The position numbers were made by a program, and so were the translations under genes. Shown here one piece after another: positions 39,440-59,700 of a stretch of 64,000 nucleotides of DNA. The notes beneath the pieces were generated by a model that was not told the origin of the DNA, ran no database searches, and saw only the letters and a program-made list of their open reading frames with translations. The DNA is from Zygnema circumcarinatum SAG 698-1b. Lineage: Eukaryota; Plantae; Zygnematophyceae. The first letter of the stretch is position 1; every line of letters starts with the position of its first letter. Location of the stretch: contig CM074812.1 in NCBI GenBank assembly GCA_037447605.1, positions 62,001 through 126,000 on the forward strand, in the 5' to 3' direction.

Positions 39440-40350
39440 CGCTGTATCAGACTGCAGCACCACCAAACGCATTACAGTTTCAAAAACCGTGTCGTTCATT
39501 GTTTCGGAGTCTGGATTCTGGGGTTTCATAGAGAATTTTAGGGTTGCAGGTCCAGATAGTTAAGCTTCAAAGTAAAGGATCTCATTCAGGATTTGACAAG
39601 ATTCGTTGGTTTCAGAACATTAAGAGCTTCTCGCGTAACATTGTACTCCGGAATTCAAATATGAAGGAATTGAGGATCTCTGTGTGTCAATGCTAGCATG
39701 AGCGCTTCAACGAATCAGGGATTTAAGTGGTTTCTAAACTTCAAATTTCAGGTTTCGCGAGCTACAAGTACCATAATAAAGCAGATTTTGTTCTTGTTCC
39801 ATCATGTGTTGTTTTTGGGAAAAAAGGGAGGGCGAGGGGGGAAGAAAAAGATAAAGTACGTGATTGCAGAATGCAGCAGTTTCTCCTTTGGGGCGTTACC
39901 CTGATCATTTGAATCACCCTCACACCCAAAAATCCTGAGCTCTCTAATGTCCCTAAAAGCTTGAGCAGCCCTGAGCTACCCCATAAAGCCCAGCAGTCGG
40001 AACCCAAAACCCTGCAAGCCTCATAGAGCCGTGGAGCATGCCAGGCGCGTTCCCGCAAGCCATGAAGGCCCCGCCATGGATTCCCGCCAAGCTCAGGCGG
40101 GCCTTGGGGCCTTCGCACGGTTCCCTGTTCGCATGAACGTGCCCTGCTCTGTTTCCCGTTACACAGCGCGTCGACACGTGCAGGGAACGTCGTTGGATAT
40201 CGTTAAATATCGTACCTACCGATACAGTACATTACTGTCGTAGTATGGAACTGAACTAACTGCTGAGCAGCGAGCAGGGCAGGGCTTTCTCGCCCCTCCC
40301 TCTCTTTCCCTCGCTCTCTCTCTCTCTCTCTCTCTCCGGCGGCAGGCGCC

Positions 40351-43300
40351 ATGGGGGGAGGGGGCGCCTTGGACGGGCTCCGCAAGCTCGAGTACCTCTC
40401 GCTCGTGTCCAAAATCTGTAGCGAGTTGGAGACGCACATCGGCGTGGCGGACAAGACGCTGGCGGAGTTCATAGTGGAGCTCGCCAAGGAGAGCGAGACG
40501 GAGGAGGCCTTCGGGAAGGCGCTCAAGGAGAACGGGGCAGAGCTGCCGCCCTACTTCGTGAAAACACTGCTCACTGTCATCCATGCAGTGCTCCCGCCTG
40601 CATCCCGCAGCAAAAAGGGGAAGGCGAAGGCGGGGGCGGGAGCGGGAGGGGCGTTTCCCGGGTTGGCAATAAAGGATGACAAGAGTAGGATGAAAGTTAT
40701 GCAGAAGGAGTTGGAGGAGGAGGTGGAGTTGAGGGAGCGAGAGAAGGGAGGGGGCTTTGCAGAGAGGGACGAGGGTCGAGGGAGGGAGGAGGAGGATGAG
40801 TGGCGAGAGAGGGAGGGGGAGGGGAGGGGGCGAGGGAGAGGCGAGGAGAGGGGGTGGGAGAGGGATGCGGAGAGACGGCGAGAAAGGAGAGAGAGGGGAG
40901 ATCACAGGGAGGATGCCAGAGAAGGAGCAGGGGAGAGGACGGATAGAGGAAGAGGGGGAGACGGTGAGGGGAGAGGTCAGAGAGAGGGGCGTGGAGGAGT
41001 GGGTTTGGATGGGAGAGGAGATGCAGGTGCTCAGCCGAGTGCGAGCGGCGAGTTAGAGCTGTATGGAATATATAAGGGACGTGTATCAAGGATAATGGAC
41101 TTCGGATGCTTTGTACAAATAGATGGGTCTGGGAGAGATAGGAAAGAAGGGCTTGTCCACGTGTCACAAATTGCAGCAAGGAGGGTAATGAATGCAAAGG
41201 ATGCGGTGGAGAGAGATCAACAGGTATGGGTGAAGGTGATTTCTGTATCTGGCCCGAAGTTATCACTCAGTATGAGGGATGTGGATCAGAAGACAGGGCA
41301 GGACCTTCTTCCTATGAAGAAGCCAACAACGGAGGAGGAAAATCGGTCGAATCCTTCCGGGCCTTCTAACGGAGGTTCTACTCGGGGTCTTTCCGGAATT
41401 CGCATCGTTGAAGAAGACGAAGGTGGGGGGAGGAGACCCGGGAAGCGAATGTCATCCCCTGAAAGATGGGAGGCCAAGCAATTAATTGCGTCCGGAGTAC
41501 TCGACCCGAGGGAATATCCCCATTTCGACGATGAAGCTGGGGGCCTATTGTATCAGGAGGAAGGGGGCGAAGAGGAGCTAGAAATTGAACTCAACGAGGA
41601 TGAACCAGCTTTTCTAAGGGGCCAGACACGCGCTAGTATCGATGCTTCACCTGTAAAAATTGTGAAAAACCCAGACGGGTCATTGCAGCGAGCAGCTATG
41701 ACACAGTCTGCGTTAGCGAAAGAAAGACGCGAATTACGGGAACAGCAGCAGAGGACCATGCTTGACAGCATTCCTAAGGATTTGAATAGGCCATGGGAAG
41801 ACCCTATGCCAGAAAGCGGAGAGCGTCACTTGGCGCAGGAGCTTCGAGGAGTAGGTTTAAGTGCTTATGACATGCCAGAGTGGAAGAAGGACGCATTTGG
41901 AAAGGCGCCAACTTTTGGTCAAAGGTCAAAGCTGTCCATGCAAGAGCAGCGGCAGACTCTCCCAATTTACAAGCTAAAAACGGAGCTGGTGAAGGCTATA
42001 AATGAGAATCAGGTGCTCGTGGTTATTGGGGAGACGGGATCAGGGAAGACGACCCAAATGACGCAGTATATGGCAGAAGCTGGGTACACAACTCGCGGGA
42101 AAATAGGGTGTACCCAGCCGCGTCGTGTAGCAGCCATGTCGGTAGCAAAGCGTGTTGCCGAAGAATTTGGATGCAGGCTTGGGGAGGAGGTGGGATACGC
42201 GATTCGATTCGAGGACTGCACAGGCCCTGAAACTGTAATTAAGTACATGACGGACGGAATGCTTCTGCGGGAAATTTTAGTCGATGAAGAGTTGAGCCAG
42301 TATTCAGTAGTCATGCTAGACGAAGCACACGAACGCACCATTCACACAGATGTGCTTTTTGGTCTGCTGAAAGATCTGCTGCGCCGCCGTAAGGATCTAC
42401 ATCTCATCGTCACCTCGGCTACTCTTGATGCAGAAAAATTCTCCACTTATTTCTTCCAGTGCCCCATCTTCACTATTCCAGGCCGTACCTTCCCTGTGGA
42501 AATCCTTTACACAAAGGCTCCGGAGAGTGATTATTTAGATGCAGCCCTCATCACAGTCATGCAGATTCATTTAACGGAACCGGAGGGAGACATTCTGCTT
42601 TTCCTTACCGGACAGGAAGAAATCGACACTGCCTGCCAGATTCTGTATGAAAGAATCAAGGGTCTCGGACCCAGTGTCCCTGAACTCATCATTCTCCCTG
42701 TCTATAGTGCGCTTCCCAGTGAAATGCAGACAAAGATCTTTGACCCTGCCCCGGCAGGTACACGTAAAGTCGTAGTTGCTACCAATATTGCTGAAGCATC
42801 GCTTACTATTGATGGAATCTACTATGTGGTGGATCCGGGGTTTTCGAAACAGAAGGTTTATAATCCGAAATTAGGTCTAGATTCCCTCGTTATTACTCCC
42901 ATCTCGCAGGCTTCTGCACGGCAGCGTGCAGGGCGAGCCGGCCGTACAGGACCCGGGAAGTGCTACCGCTTGTTTACAGAGAGCGCGTACAGGAATGAGA
43001 TGCTACCCACAACAGTGCCAGAAATTCAGCGTACGAATCTGGGAATGACCGTGCTGACTCTCAAAGCTATGGGGATAAATGACCTTTTGGCGTTCGATTT
43101 CATGGACCCCCCCCCACCACAGGCTTTGATTTCAGCTATGGAGCAGCTCTACAATCTCGGAGCATTGGATGAAGAGGGCCTTCTTACTAAACTCGGCCGA
43201 AAAATGGCGGAGTTCCCTTTGGAGCCCCCCTTGTCAAAGATGCTGATTGCAAGTGTGGATTTAGGGTGCAGCGACGAGATTTTGACGATCATTTCTATGT

Positions 43301-44359
43301 TGCAAGCGCAAAATATTTTCTATCGTCCTCGTGAAAAGCAGGCGCAGGCTGATCAGAAGAGGGCAAAATTCTTCCAGCCGGAGGGCGATCATCTCACCCT
43401 CCTTGCAGTTTATGAGGCTTGGAAGGCAAAGAACTTTTCAGGGCCGTGGTGCTTTGAGAACTTCGTGCAATCTCGGTCGCTGCGACGAGCACAGGATGTG
43501 CGGAAGCAGCTCCTCACAATCATGGACAGGTAAGTTATGGGCCATATTTACTATGTCTCCTCCTTTACACCTAATAGCAGAGAAGCAGTAGTCTCTCATC
43601 GACTCGTCCAAACCCATTTCCTGCTCCTGCCTGTCTCGCTTTTCCTACTTTCTCACTATTTCTCTCCCTAGTCGTTTTTGTCCCTCATTCGCTCCTTTGC
43701 CCCCCCTCCTCTGAAAGATCACTACTTTGATTGAACGGTGTTGAAACTCGTGGGACTATCAACATGGGCCAAATGTATTGCATGTGCTAGTTAGTTTTAC
43801 AAGGGGTCCGGCAGGTTCACAGTCACACAGGCAGAGAAAGTGGGGGGTTGGGGAAGCTCGTATTCTTCATCAAACTAAACCGAACCAAACTGTTCACCAA
43901 ACTGTTTCTGCAAACTTATCTCCGCAATGACAGCCCCGCTTTCCCTCTCGCTGCTGCTGCTGCAGGTATAAGCTGGATGTTGTCAGTGCCGGTCGAAACT
44001 TCACAAAGATTCGGAAAGCAATTTGCAGCGGCTTCTTCTTCCATGCGGCCCGCAAGGACCCCCAGGAAGGTTACCGCACGCTGGTGGAGAATCAGCCCGT
44101 GTACATTCATCCGAGCTCTGCCCTCTTCCAGAGGCAGCCCGACTGGGTGATCTACCACGAGCTGGTGATGACCACAAAGGAGTACATGCGCGAGTGCACT
44201 CTCGTGGACCCCAAGTGGTTGGTGGAACTGGCCCCGCGGTTTTTCCGACAGGCGGATCCGACAAAACTGAGCAAGCGGAAGCGGCAGGAGCGCATAGAGC
44301 CGCTCTATGATCGATACCATGAACCCAACTCCTGGAGGCTCAGCAAACGGCGTGCTTAA
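40351..44359 (+). CDS. PRP22: Pre-mRNA splicing DEAH-box helicase PRP22/DHX8; exons 40351-43529 and 43966-44359
   Basis: N-terminal [19 protein letters not shown]-rich region, S1 domain, [27 protein letters not shown]2/OB domains, C-terminus WRLSKRRA*. Intron AG|GTAAGT...TGCAG|G. Confidence 0.98.
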
Positions 44360-44504
44360 GTTTGAGAGCATGAGAATATAACAGGCGTGGAAACCCGATG
44401 GAGGAGCGATGTGTGACAACGCTGTGATGTGCAAGTTGTGCAGTTTCCCGTTTAATTTTGTAGCCCCCTTGTGTTCTTTACAGTGGCAGCGGCAGTGTGA
44501 AAGC

Positions 44505-44665
44505 GAGAGAGAACGAGAGGGAGAGGGAGAGGGAGAGGGAGAGGGAGAGGGAGGGAGAGGGAGGGAGAGGGAGAGGGAGGGAGAGGGAGAGGGAGAGGGA
44601 GAGGGGAGGGAGATGGAGAGGGAGCGGGAGAGGGAGATGGAGAGGGAGAGGGAGAGGGCGAGGGA
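44505..44665. repeat. (GAGAGG)n polypurine array downstream of PRP22
   Basis: Direct hexamer repeat. Confidence 0.9.
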
Positions 44666-46005
44666 GAACGCGAAAAAAACTGATGGAGGCTTGGGATAGT
44701 CAAGGTAGCTGATCGCGTATGCGTCATTAGAAGTTGAAAAAGGCTTCGTTTACAGAATGAGTAGGGGTACACTGTACCGCATGTTCAATCTTGGTAGTGA
44801 GTAAGGCAAAGGCGAACACAGAGGCGGATCTTTGCTGTAGATCTCGCGAAAGCTTGAAGCCAATAGCGAGATCGACAAACTCTGCCAGGGGCCTGCCTTT
44901 TGGGCGAGTCAAGTTACTCGTCAGTCTTTTTTGTTGTCGTTTTGCTATCATATATGAAACATGGACATATCAAAGCCGTCAATGTCAATCATTGCTCGCT
45001 GGACAATTGGTCGATTGCTACATCTCGCACCCCCATGAGCAGAAGTTCGATGTGCAAATGACTAATCAGTTTGTGGCGAAATCGGAGCACAGAAGATTGC
45101 AGTTTGTGAGAGGATGACATCACAATCAGGAATGCAAAGGCAGAGAGTGACTTCATGTGCTGTGAAGAGATCATCTTGAGCCAAATTCATTCCTTTCCAT
45201 TGTCCTTGCACATATTTCATTTGTGCTCACGGTCACATAGCGTCACAGACTTACCAAAGCTGAGTTCCATAGGTTTTAGGGCTCTTTAAGGTCTTCTACA
45301 CTAAAGAGCCTAAAAAGGCCACAAAACCGAACGCGTACTGCCTCCGAGGTGTTCAAAGGGTCTATGCGTGTCACTACCCCATATGTCGCAACAAATACGT
45401 TTTTAACAAAATGAAAATGTACAGAAATGACAGTTGGGAAAAGGTAAGAAAAGAAAAAGAAGCAATTTATAACTTGGAGATATACAAGTTGCGGCAAAGG
45501 AACAGCTGCCGGTTGCTGCGCGGAGCCCATCTCCCTCCAAAGGCTGGACCTGCATCTGCCACCTCGCGAAGGAAAGAGAGTGCGGGCGAACTGCGAGTGA
45601 AAGAGAGTGGCAAGACTGGAGGTGAATCTCGGATTCCCCTGCAAATTGGTCTGAAACCAGAAACCAAATATTGCCACATAACCTCCACGGAATTTCCTCC
45701 AAAGTAGAGCACGGAACACCCCTGCGAGCAGACAATAGCAAGGAAGGGTCAGATCACACACAGCACTCCTTCCAAACACATCAGCAAAAACCCCTCTTGC
45801 TCCGTCTCTTAACCCATACCTCATCAACAACCCGAACACACAAAAGAATCAGTCGAAGCGCTCCGTCTCGACACTCTCCATCACCGCCAAACGTTCGCCT
45901 CCTTTTGCATGCTGTACATGGATAGCCTCACCTCTTCCTCCTCCCCCTCCCCCTCACTCCCTCCCTCCCTCCCTCCCTCCTCCCCCTCCCTCCTCNNNNN
46001 NNNNN

Positions 46006-47770
46006 CCTGTGCCTCTAGACGCGCTTGGTGACGCAGGCGGAGGAGCTGGGTTCTGCCGGCAGCACGCAGAGGAGGTGCGGGCCGGCCGGCGTGTGGCTCA
46101 GCACCGCTCGGCGCACGCGGGGGAGCCGCAGCGCCGGTGAGTGCACGTGCCCGGCCGCCACGGGGATCGCGGCTACCGCCACAGCCGCGGCGGAGCCCTG
46201 CGCACACCCCAACGGCACGAACCCGCGCTGCCGCCCCGCCAGAATCCACTGCTCCATGTTCGTCTTCACCTCGTACTCCACCTCCTCCACCTGCACACAT
46301 GTCATATACATGGATGGGAACAGGAACAGTTTCGCGGCCAAAAAGTTTGACAAAGAGAGATTGAATTCGCTTGAATAGAATGTGTAATGTATCGAGTAAG
46401 ACTCCTACACGTAGAGGTCGAGAGAAGGAGAGAGAGAGAGGGACAGAGAGAGAGAGAGAGGAGGAGATTCCAACCTCCAAACCCGAGCTGGAGAGACCCA
46501 ACTTTGCCCCAGTGGAGCCTGCCACAAGCCGTTCGAGTCGCCATCTCAGGATCAATGGCCTTCCCACACGTGGCGCCTCCGCAGGCAGAGGGAGGAGCCC
46601 CACGGCCACTTCCCGCCTTAAAATGGGCCGCTGCAGACGGAATCTATGCTCGAACTTGCACATTTCCGTTCGGTCATCCCTCACAGGAGCATGTGCCCCC
46701 ACTTGTCGCATACCTTTGCAGGAGTAGTCCAGCTGGAGGACGCTGAAAACCTCGGGTTGGGGGGAGGGGGAGGGAGAGGGGACGGGAGGGGGGGGCGGCC
46801 TCTCCTTCTCCGTCTCAATTCGCAGAGGGAAGAGGAGGCCCACTTCGGCCGTGCCTGCCACAGTGAGAGGGAGAAGGGGTGCATTGCTGCCCCCGCTCCC
46901 CTCCACGTGGAAGAAGTTCGGCTGAAGGAGTAGCTCAGCGCGGTGGAGGAGAAGCACGCTAAGGACTTGGGATGTCAGCGTTACCTGCACAGTGCTACCA
47001 ATGTAAATCAAGGTCTTTCTAGAGACGTTTCTCTCGCAAAGTTTTATTTCTCGCCCTCGTCTTCCTATGCTTTCGTTTTCCTTTGTTTTTGTTTTTGGAA
47101 AAGTTGGTTTTGGAGACCTGTAGCAGAAGCTGCTCCCCGTCGCCGCTTCGTGTCACAACACGCGTTGTAGCTCGAAGAGGTTCCATAAAATGAACGCCTA
47201 CAGATCTGTGCAAGAAACGAGCTCTCCCCAAATGAACAAGACTCCAAAAACCCATAAACAGGCCAAGCACCCTCGATAATAAAAACAAAAAAAAAACAAA
47301 AAAATTCTACATTCAGAAATATCCTGATGCACCCAGTTTGACGAGTTGCGAAATTACCTTTCATAAATGCGATTCCTCTCGGGTCCAAACTGCATTCGAA
47401 CATGAAGAATGTGCAGTCCATCCATGGCTGCCGCAACTGCCGGAAGCAGTCCGTCCCTTTGCCCGGGCGTGGCCGCTGGGGGCGGCACTGCTCCACGTGT
47501 CAGCGCGGGAGGGGCTCCCGGAGATTGCGGAACCAATGAGGGCGCGGGCGGGCCCGCGGGGCCGCGCTCTCTTTGAGCGCAGACACGGACCCACAAGAGA
47601 TGGGGCGTCTCCGCCGCCCAATCAGGAAGCGCCAGCTGTCCGTTCTTCAGTTCAACTGTCTGCAGAGAAGGGGGCGGAGAACTACTGACTGCGGAATTGG
47701 GAGGGCGCAGGGGAGAGTCTGTGGAGGAGTTGACTTTGGGTTGACTTTGTTCCTGAGGGATGGGCTCCAA
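46006..47770. repeat. Near-identical copy of 47796-49564 (3' exons of TRS130), bounded by N-gaps; probable assembly redundancy
   Basis: The only difference I saw is 4 nt in a (GA)n run. Flanked by 10-N gaps at 45996-46005 and 47771-47780. Confidence 0.9.
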
Positions 47771-47804
47771 NNNNNNNNNNCCCTCCCTCCCTCCCCCTGT
47801 GCCT

Positions 47805-56015
<8,211 letters not shown>

Positions 56016-56675
56016 GGCTCGCTCTCATGCAGCGGAGGAGACGACTGTGGCTCCCTCCCGGCGGGGAGGGGAGGGGAGGGTACCCGTTGGGAACCGCAAG
56101 CCCGGGTTTGCAGAGTGACGTCATCCGGTTTGTCAACAGCTAGGGCTACGCAAGCATGGCGTCATATAGGGGTACGCGTACGGAGCGTAGTTGTACGGTC
56201 GGACTGGCTGTACGAATGCGGGCGGGCGTTTGTCGTTTTAGGTTGTCCCTAGCGGCACGGCGGCCCTTAGCCCTAACCATAAGCCTAAATAAGCGCTTTG
56301 ACGTGTGTGTTTAGAAATAGTACATCGATTTCAGTAAATTTCGGATCAAGTGTCCACTTGGAAGTACCGTTTTCGACAAAGATTCCCACGCGCAATGCCA
56401 ACGATTGGCACAGCCTTGGGCTGTGGAGGACGGCTGCTTTTGTATTTTCCGAGACTGGACTTTGTTTAGGGTTAAGGTTCATTTTAGGGTCTGAAATTTT
56501 AGGGTTTTGTCCCTACAACCCTAAACCCTCTTCTCGTCTGAGCTGCATCTTTCCAACTCGATGCACCCGCATGCCCCGGCGATAACAGCACGCATCCACT
56601 CATGCTCGGCGGGCACGCATGCCTGCTCGTGGGCAGCTTCAACCCCATCCATCCTCATCACCAAGCAAACAGATA

Positions 56676-56709
56676 TTATTATTATTATAATTACACTTAT
56701 TATTATTAT
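56676..56709. repeat. (ATT)n imperfect microsatellite in the RLK 3' UTR
   Basis: Direct repeat. Confidence 0.8.
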
Positions 56710-56737
56710 CCCTAGCACATGGACATGCATGCATGCG

Positions 56738-59700
56738 CTAGCGCACGCCGGGCAGGCTGACGGCCATGTCGGAGGCGAAGGAGTTGTCCGTCATGAAGGA
56801 GAGCAGCGAGGCGCTGAGGGAGCTGTAGGCGCCGAAGCTCGGGTTCCAGCTGAGCACGCTCTCGGGCACCTCCTGCCGGATCTTCTCGCGCGCCTCCAGC
56901 AGGCCCTCGCCCTGCAGCAGCCGCAGGCACTCCGCCATGGAGGGCCGCACCGCGGGGTCCGGGATGAGGCACAGCACCGCGACCTGCACGAGGGGCACGA
57001 TCTCCGCCAGCTTCAACTCGCCGTCCTCGAGCTCAAGGAACTTCACGCGCACCTCCAGGTCCACCACCTCCGCCACTCTGTCCTCCTCCACTAGTTGGGA
57101 AAGCTGCCACACGCACAAACACAGAGATTTCGCCTTATCGAGCCTGTCATGGTCGTCTCTCTCCAGTGAGTAGCATCGGCAGCCACTACTACACTATACA
57201 TCATTTTCATGCTAAACATAACGTCACATGAACATGCAGGGAAAAAGTAACATGCTCCTCCAGCAGCAAGTGAATGCATTCAAGGGCGAAGTGATACTAG
57301 CGATCTCACCCAGTCTTTCAAATCCTGGCCTGCTTCAAGTTTCTGGGAGAGGGAGGCCGCAGGCAAGCCCGTGACCATCTCTAGCAGGAACACGCCGTAC
57401 GCGTAAACATCTGCTTTCTCCGACAGGCGGCCCGTGCTGACGTACTCTGCGGCAATCGACCGGCAGCAGCCACATCAAGGGGGGGCGGGGCATCTGGGGT
57501 GCAACCTTCTCCAAAGGAACATCATCCTGTACTAGCCGTTACTATGACTGGACTCAAATCGAAAACTTCCTCGCCATTGCAGTCATACAAATAACTTTTT
57601 GAAACAGTAAGCCGAAGCCTATTGTGAGCCCTGGGAGTGGCACAGTTTGACAAAGCATGGCTTCTCTGCAAACAGCAGAGAATTCAGCGTCGACTGAACG
57701 AGTTTGTTGAGACTATCCACAAGAACTGTCCGACTGTCAACATGTAAATCACTCAGCAAACACCCTGCATAAACCACTGCAGAACCGCAGTCCCTTTTCC
57801 TCCTCCCCATTTGAGCTGTTTCTCGCCCTGCCCCCTGCCAGCCATGGCTTCAAATCGAGCCTGCCGGCAGCCGCCATGGCCGACGTCAGCAGCCACTCAC
57901 CGGGCGCCATGTGTCCGAAGGTGCCGCGCACCTTGGTCTGCACGGCACCCGTGGCGCCCTGCCGGCCCTCCGTCACACGTGCCAGCCCGAAGTCCGTCAG
58001 CACCGCCTCCATGCCAGCTGTCAGAAGCACATTGGCTGCCTGCGCACTCGGAAAGCCATGTCAGCAGGAGACGACCACCCAGCAGCTGCGCTGGTCCGGT
58101 GGGCTGCGGAGGGCAAGGGCAGGGGAGAGGAAGGGGGGGAGGAGAGAGAGGGGAGAGAGAGCGGGGGGGGGAGAGAGGGAGAGAGATGGGAGAGAGGGAG
58201 AGAGATGGGAGAGAGGGAGGGAGAGAGGCGGCGACCTTGACGTCGCGGTGGATGACCTTGACGCTGCACTCCTCGTGGAGGTACATGAGCCCGCGGGCAG
58301 CCCCGAGCGCTATTTGATGCCTGGCCACGAGGCTGAGCGGCCGCCGGTTGTGCAGACGGTGACCTGCATACGTGGGCAACAAGGTTTTGCACGCGAGATA
58401 TTGTACGAAAAACTCTTTCCTCGTGGGCTAAAAAAGGCGGCACCCACCCAGCAGCCCCGCACCCTCAGATGCCGAAAGTAAGTCACCTCGGAGGTGGTCC
58501 TCGACGGAGCCGTTCTCCATGAAGGGGAAGACGAGAATCATTTCGCCCTCCTCGAGGCAGTACCCCGCTAGCCGCACCACGTTGCGGTGCACCGCCCGGC
58601 TGATGGTGTCGATCTCGTTGCAGAACGCGGCCATGTCGTCCTTGCCCACTCTCGTCACCTGCAACACGGAGCAGCACCGGCCGGGAGAGGAGAGGAGAGC
58701 CTCAAGGTGGGAGGGAGGAAGGGAGGGAGAAAGGGAGGGAGGGAAGGAGGGAGGGAGGGAGGGAGAAAGGGAGGGAGGGAAGGAGGGNNNNNNNNNNGAG
58801 GGAGGGAGGGAGGGAGGGAGGGAGGGACAGGGAGGGAGGGAGGGACAGGGAGGGAGGGAGGGAGGGAGGGCACCTTGAGTCGCTTGACCGCGAGGGGAGC
58901 GGGCGGCTCGCCGTTGAGCGCGGGGAGGTCCCCTCTGTAGACGGTGGAGGAGGCGCCGGAGCCGATCTCTGCGGCCCAATCGGAGGTGGCCCTGCGGAGC
59001 TCGTCCAGCGTGAACCGGCGGATGGCCGACAGGTTCAGTTTCTCCAAACCCTCTGCAGGCACCCGCGCTTTGACCTTTCTCTCAGTTCCACCAACTGTTG
59101 ACTTTGGAGTCAGTTTCACAGCAACGTACCTCCTTATACTTCCGGTAGAAGACTTTCCAGGCAGAATTCGCTTACTCTTGCCATGCTGTACGCGACTAGC
59201 CGTCAGAAAAACCAACAGAAAAGAAAGGAAAATCCTACAGAAATTGACGAGCTGCACCTTCAATCTCACGGAGATCCTCCTCGGAGATGAAGCACTTCTC
59301 CTCCACCCTATGGCGAGAGCGAAGGAGTAGGAATGCTAAAAGCGCTGCTGCAAGCAGGACCAAAACTGCCCCTCCCACAGCTCCGCCTGCAACAGCAGCA
59401 ACATTCAAGCGGGAGGGCGGCAGAGGAGGCGGCGGCGCGGCGACAAAGGCTGCCATCCCCACATCCCGCAGCGATGGCTCAACTTGAGAATGGTTGCAAG
59501 TCCCCACTATTGCCCACTTCTCAGACCGCAGGCTGAGTGGCACGTTCCGCAGTCACTCTCAAGAGCCCTGCTACTGAGTTGAGGAAAAGCTTTCTAGGAG
59601 TTTTCTCCTTCGGGGAGAGCAAAGTGTGCGGCAGGGAAGGAGGAGGAGGAGGAGGAGGAGAAGGAAGGAAACCTTGAGAACAGGGGGGGAAGTTGGCCGA

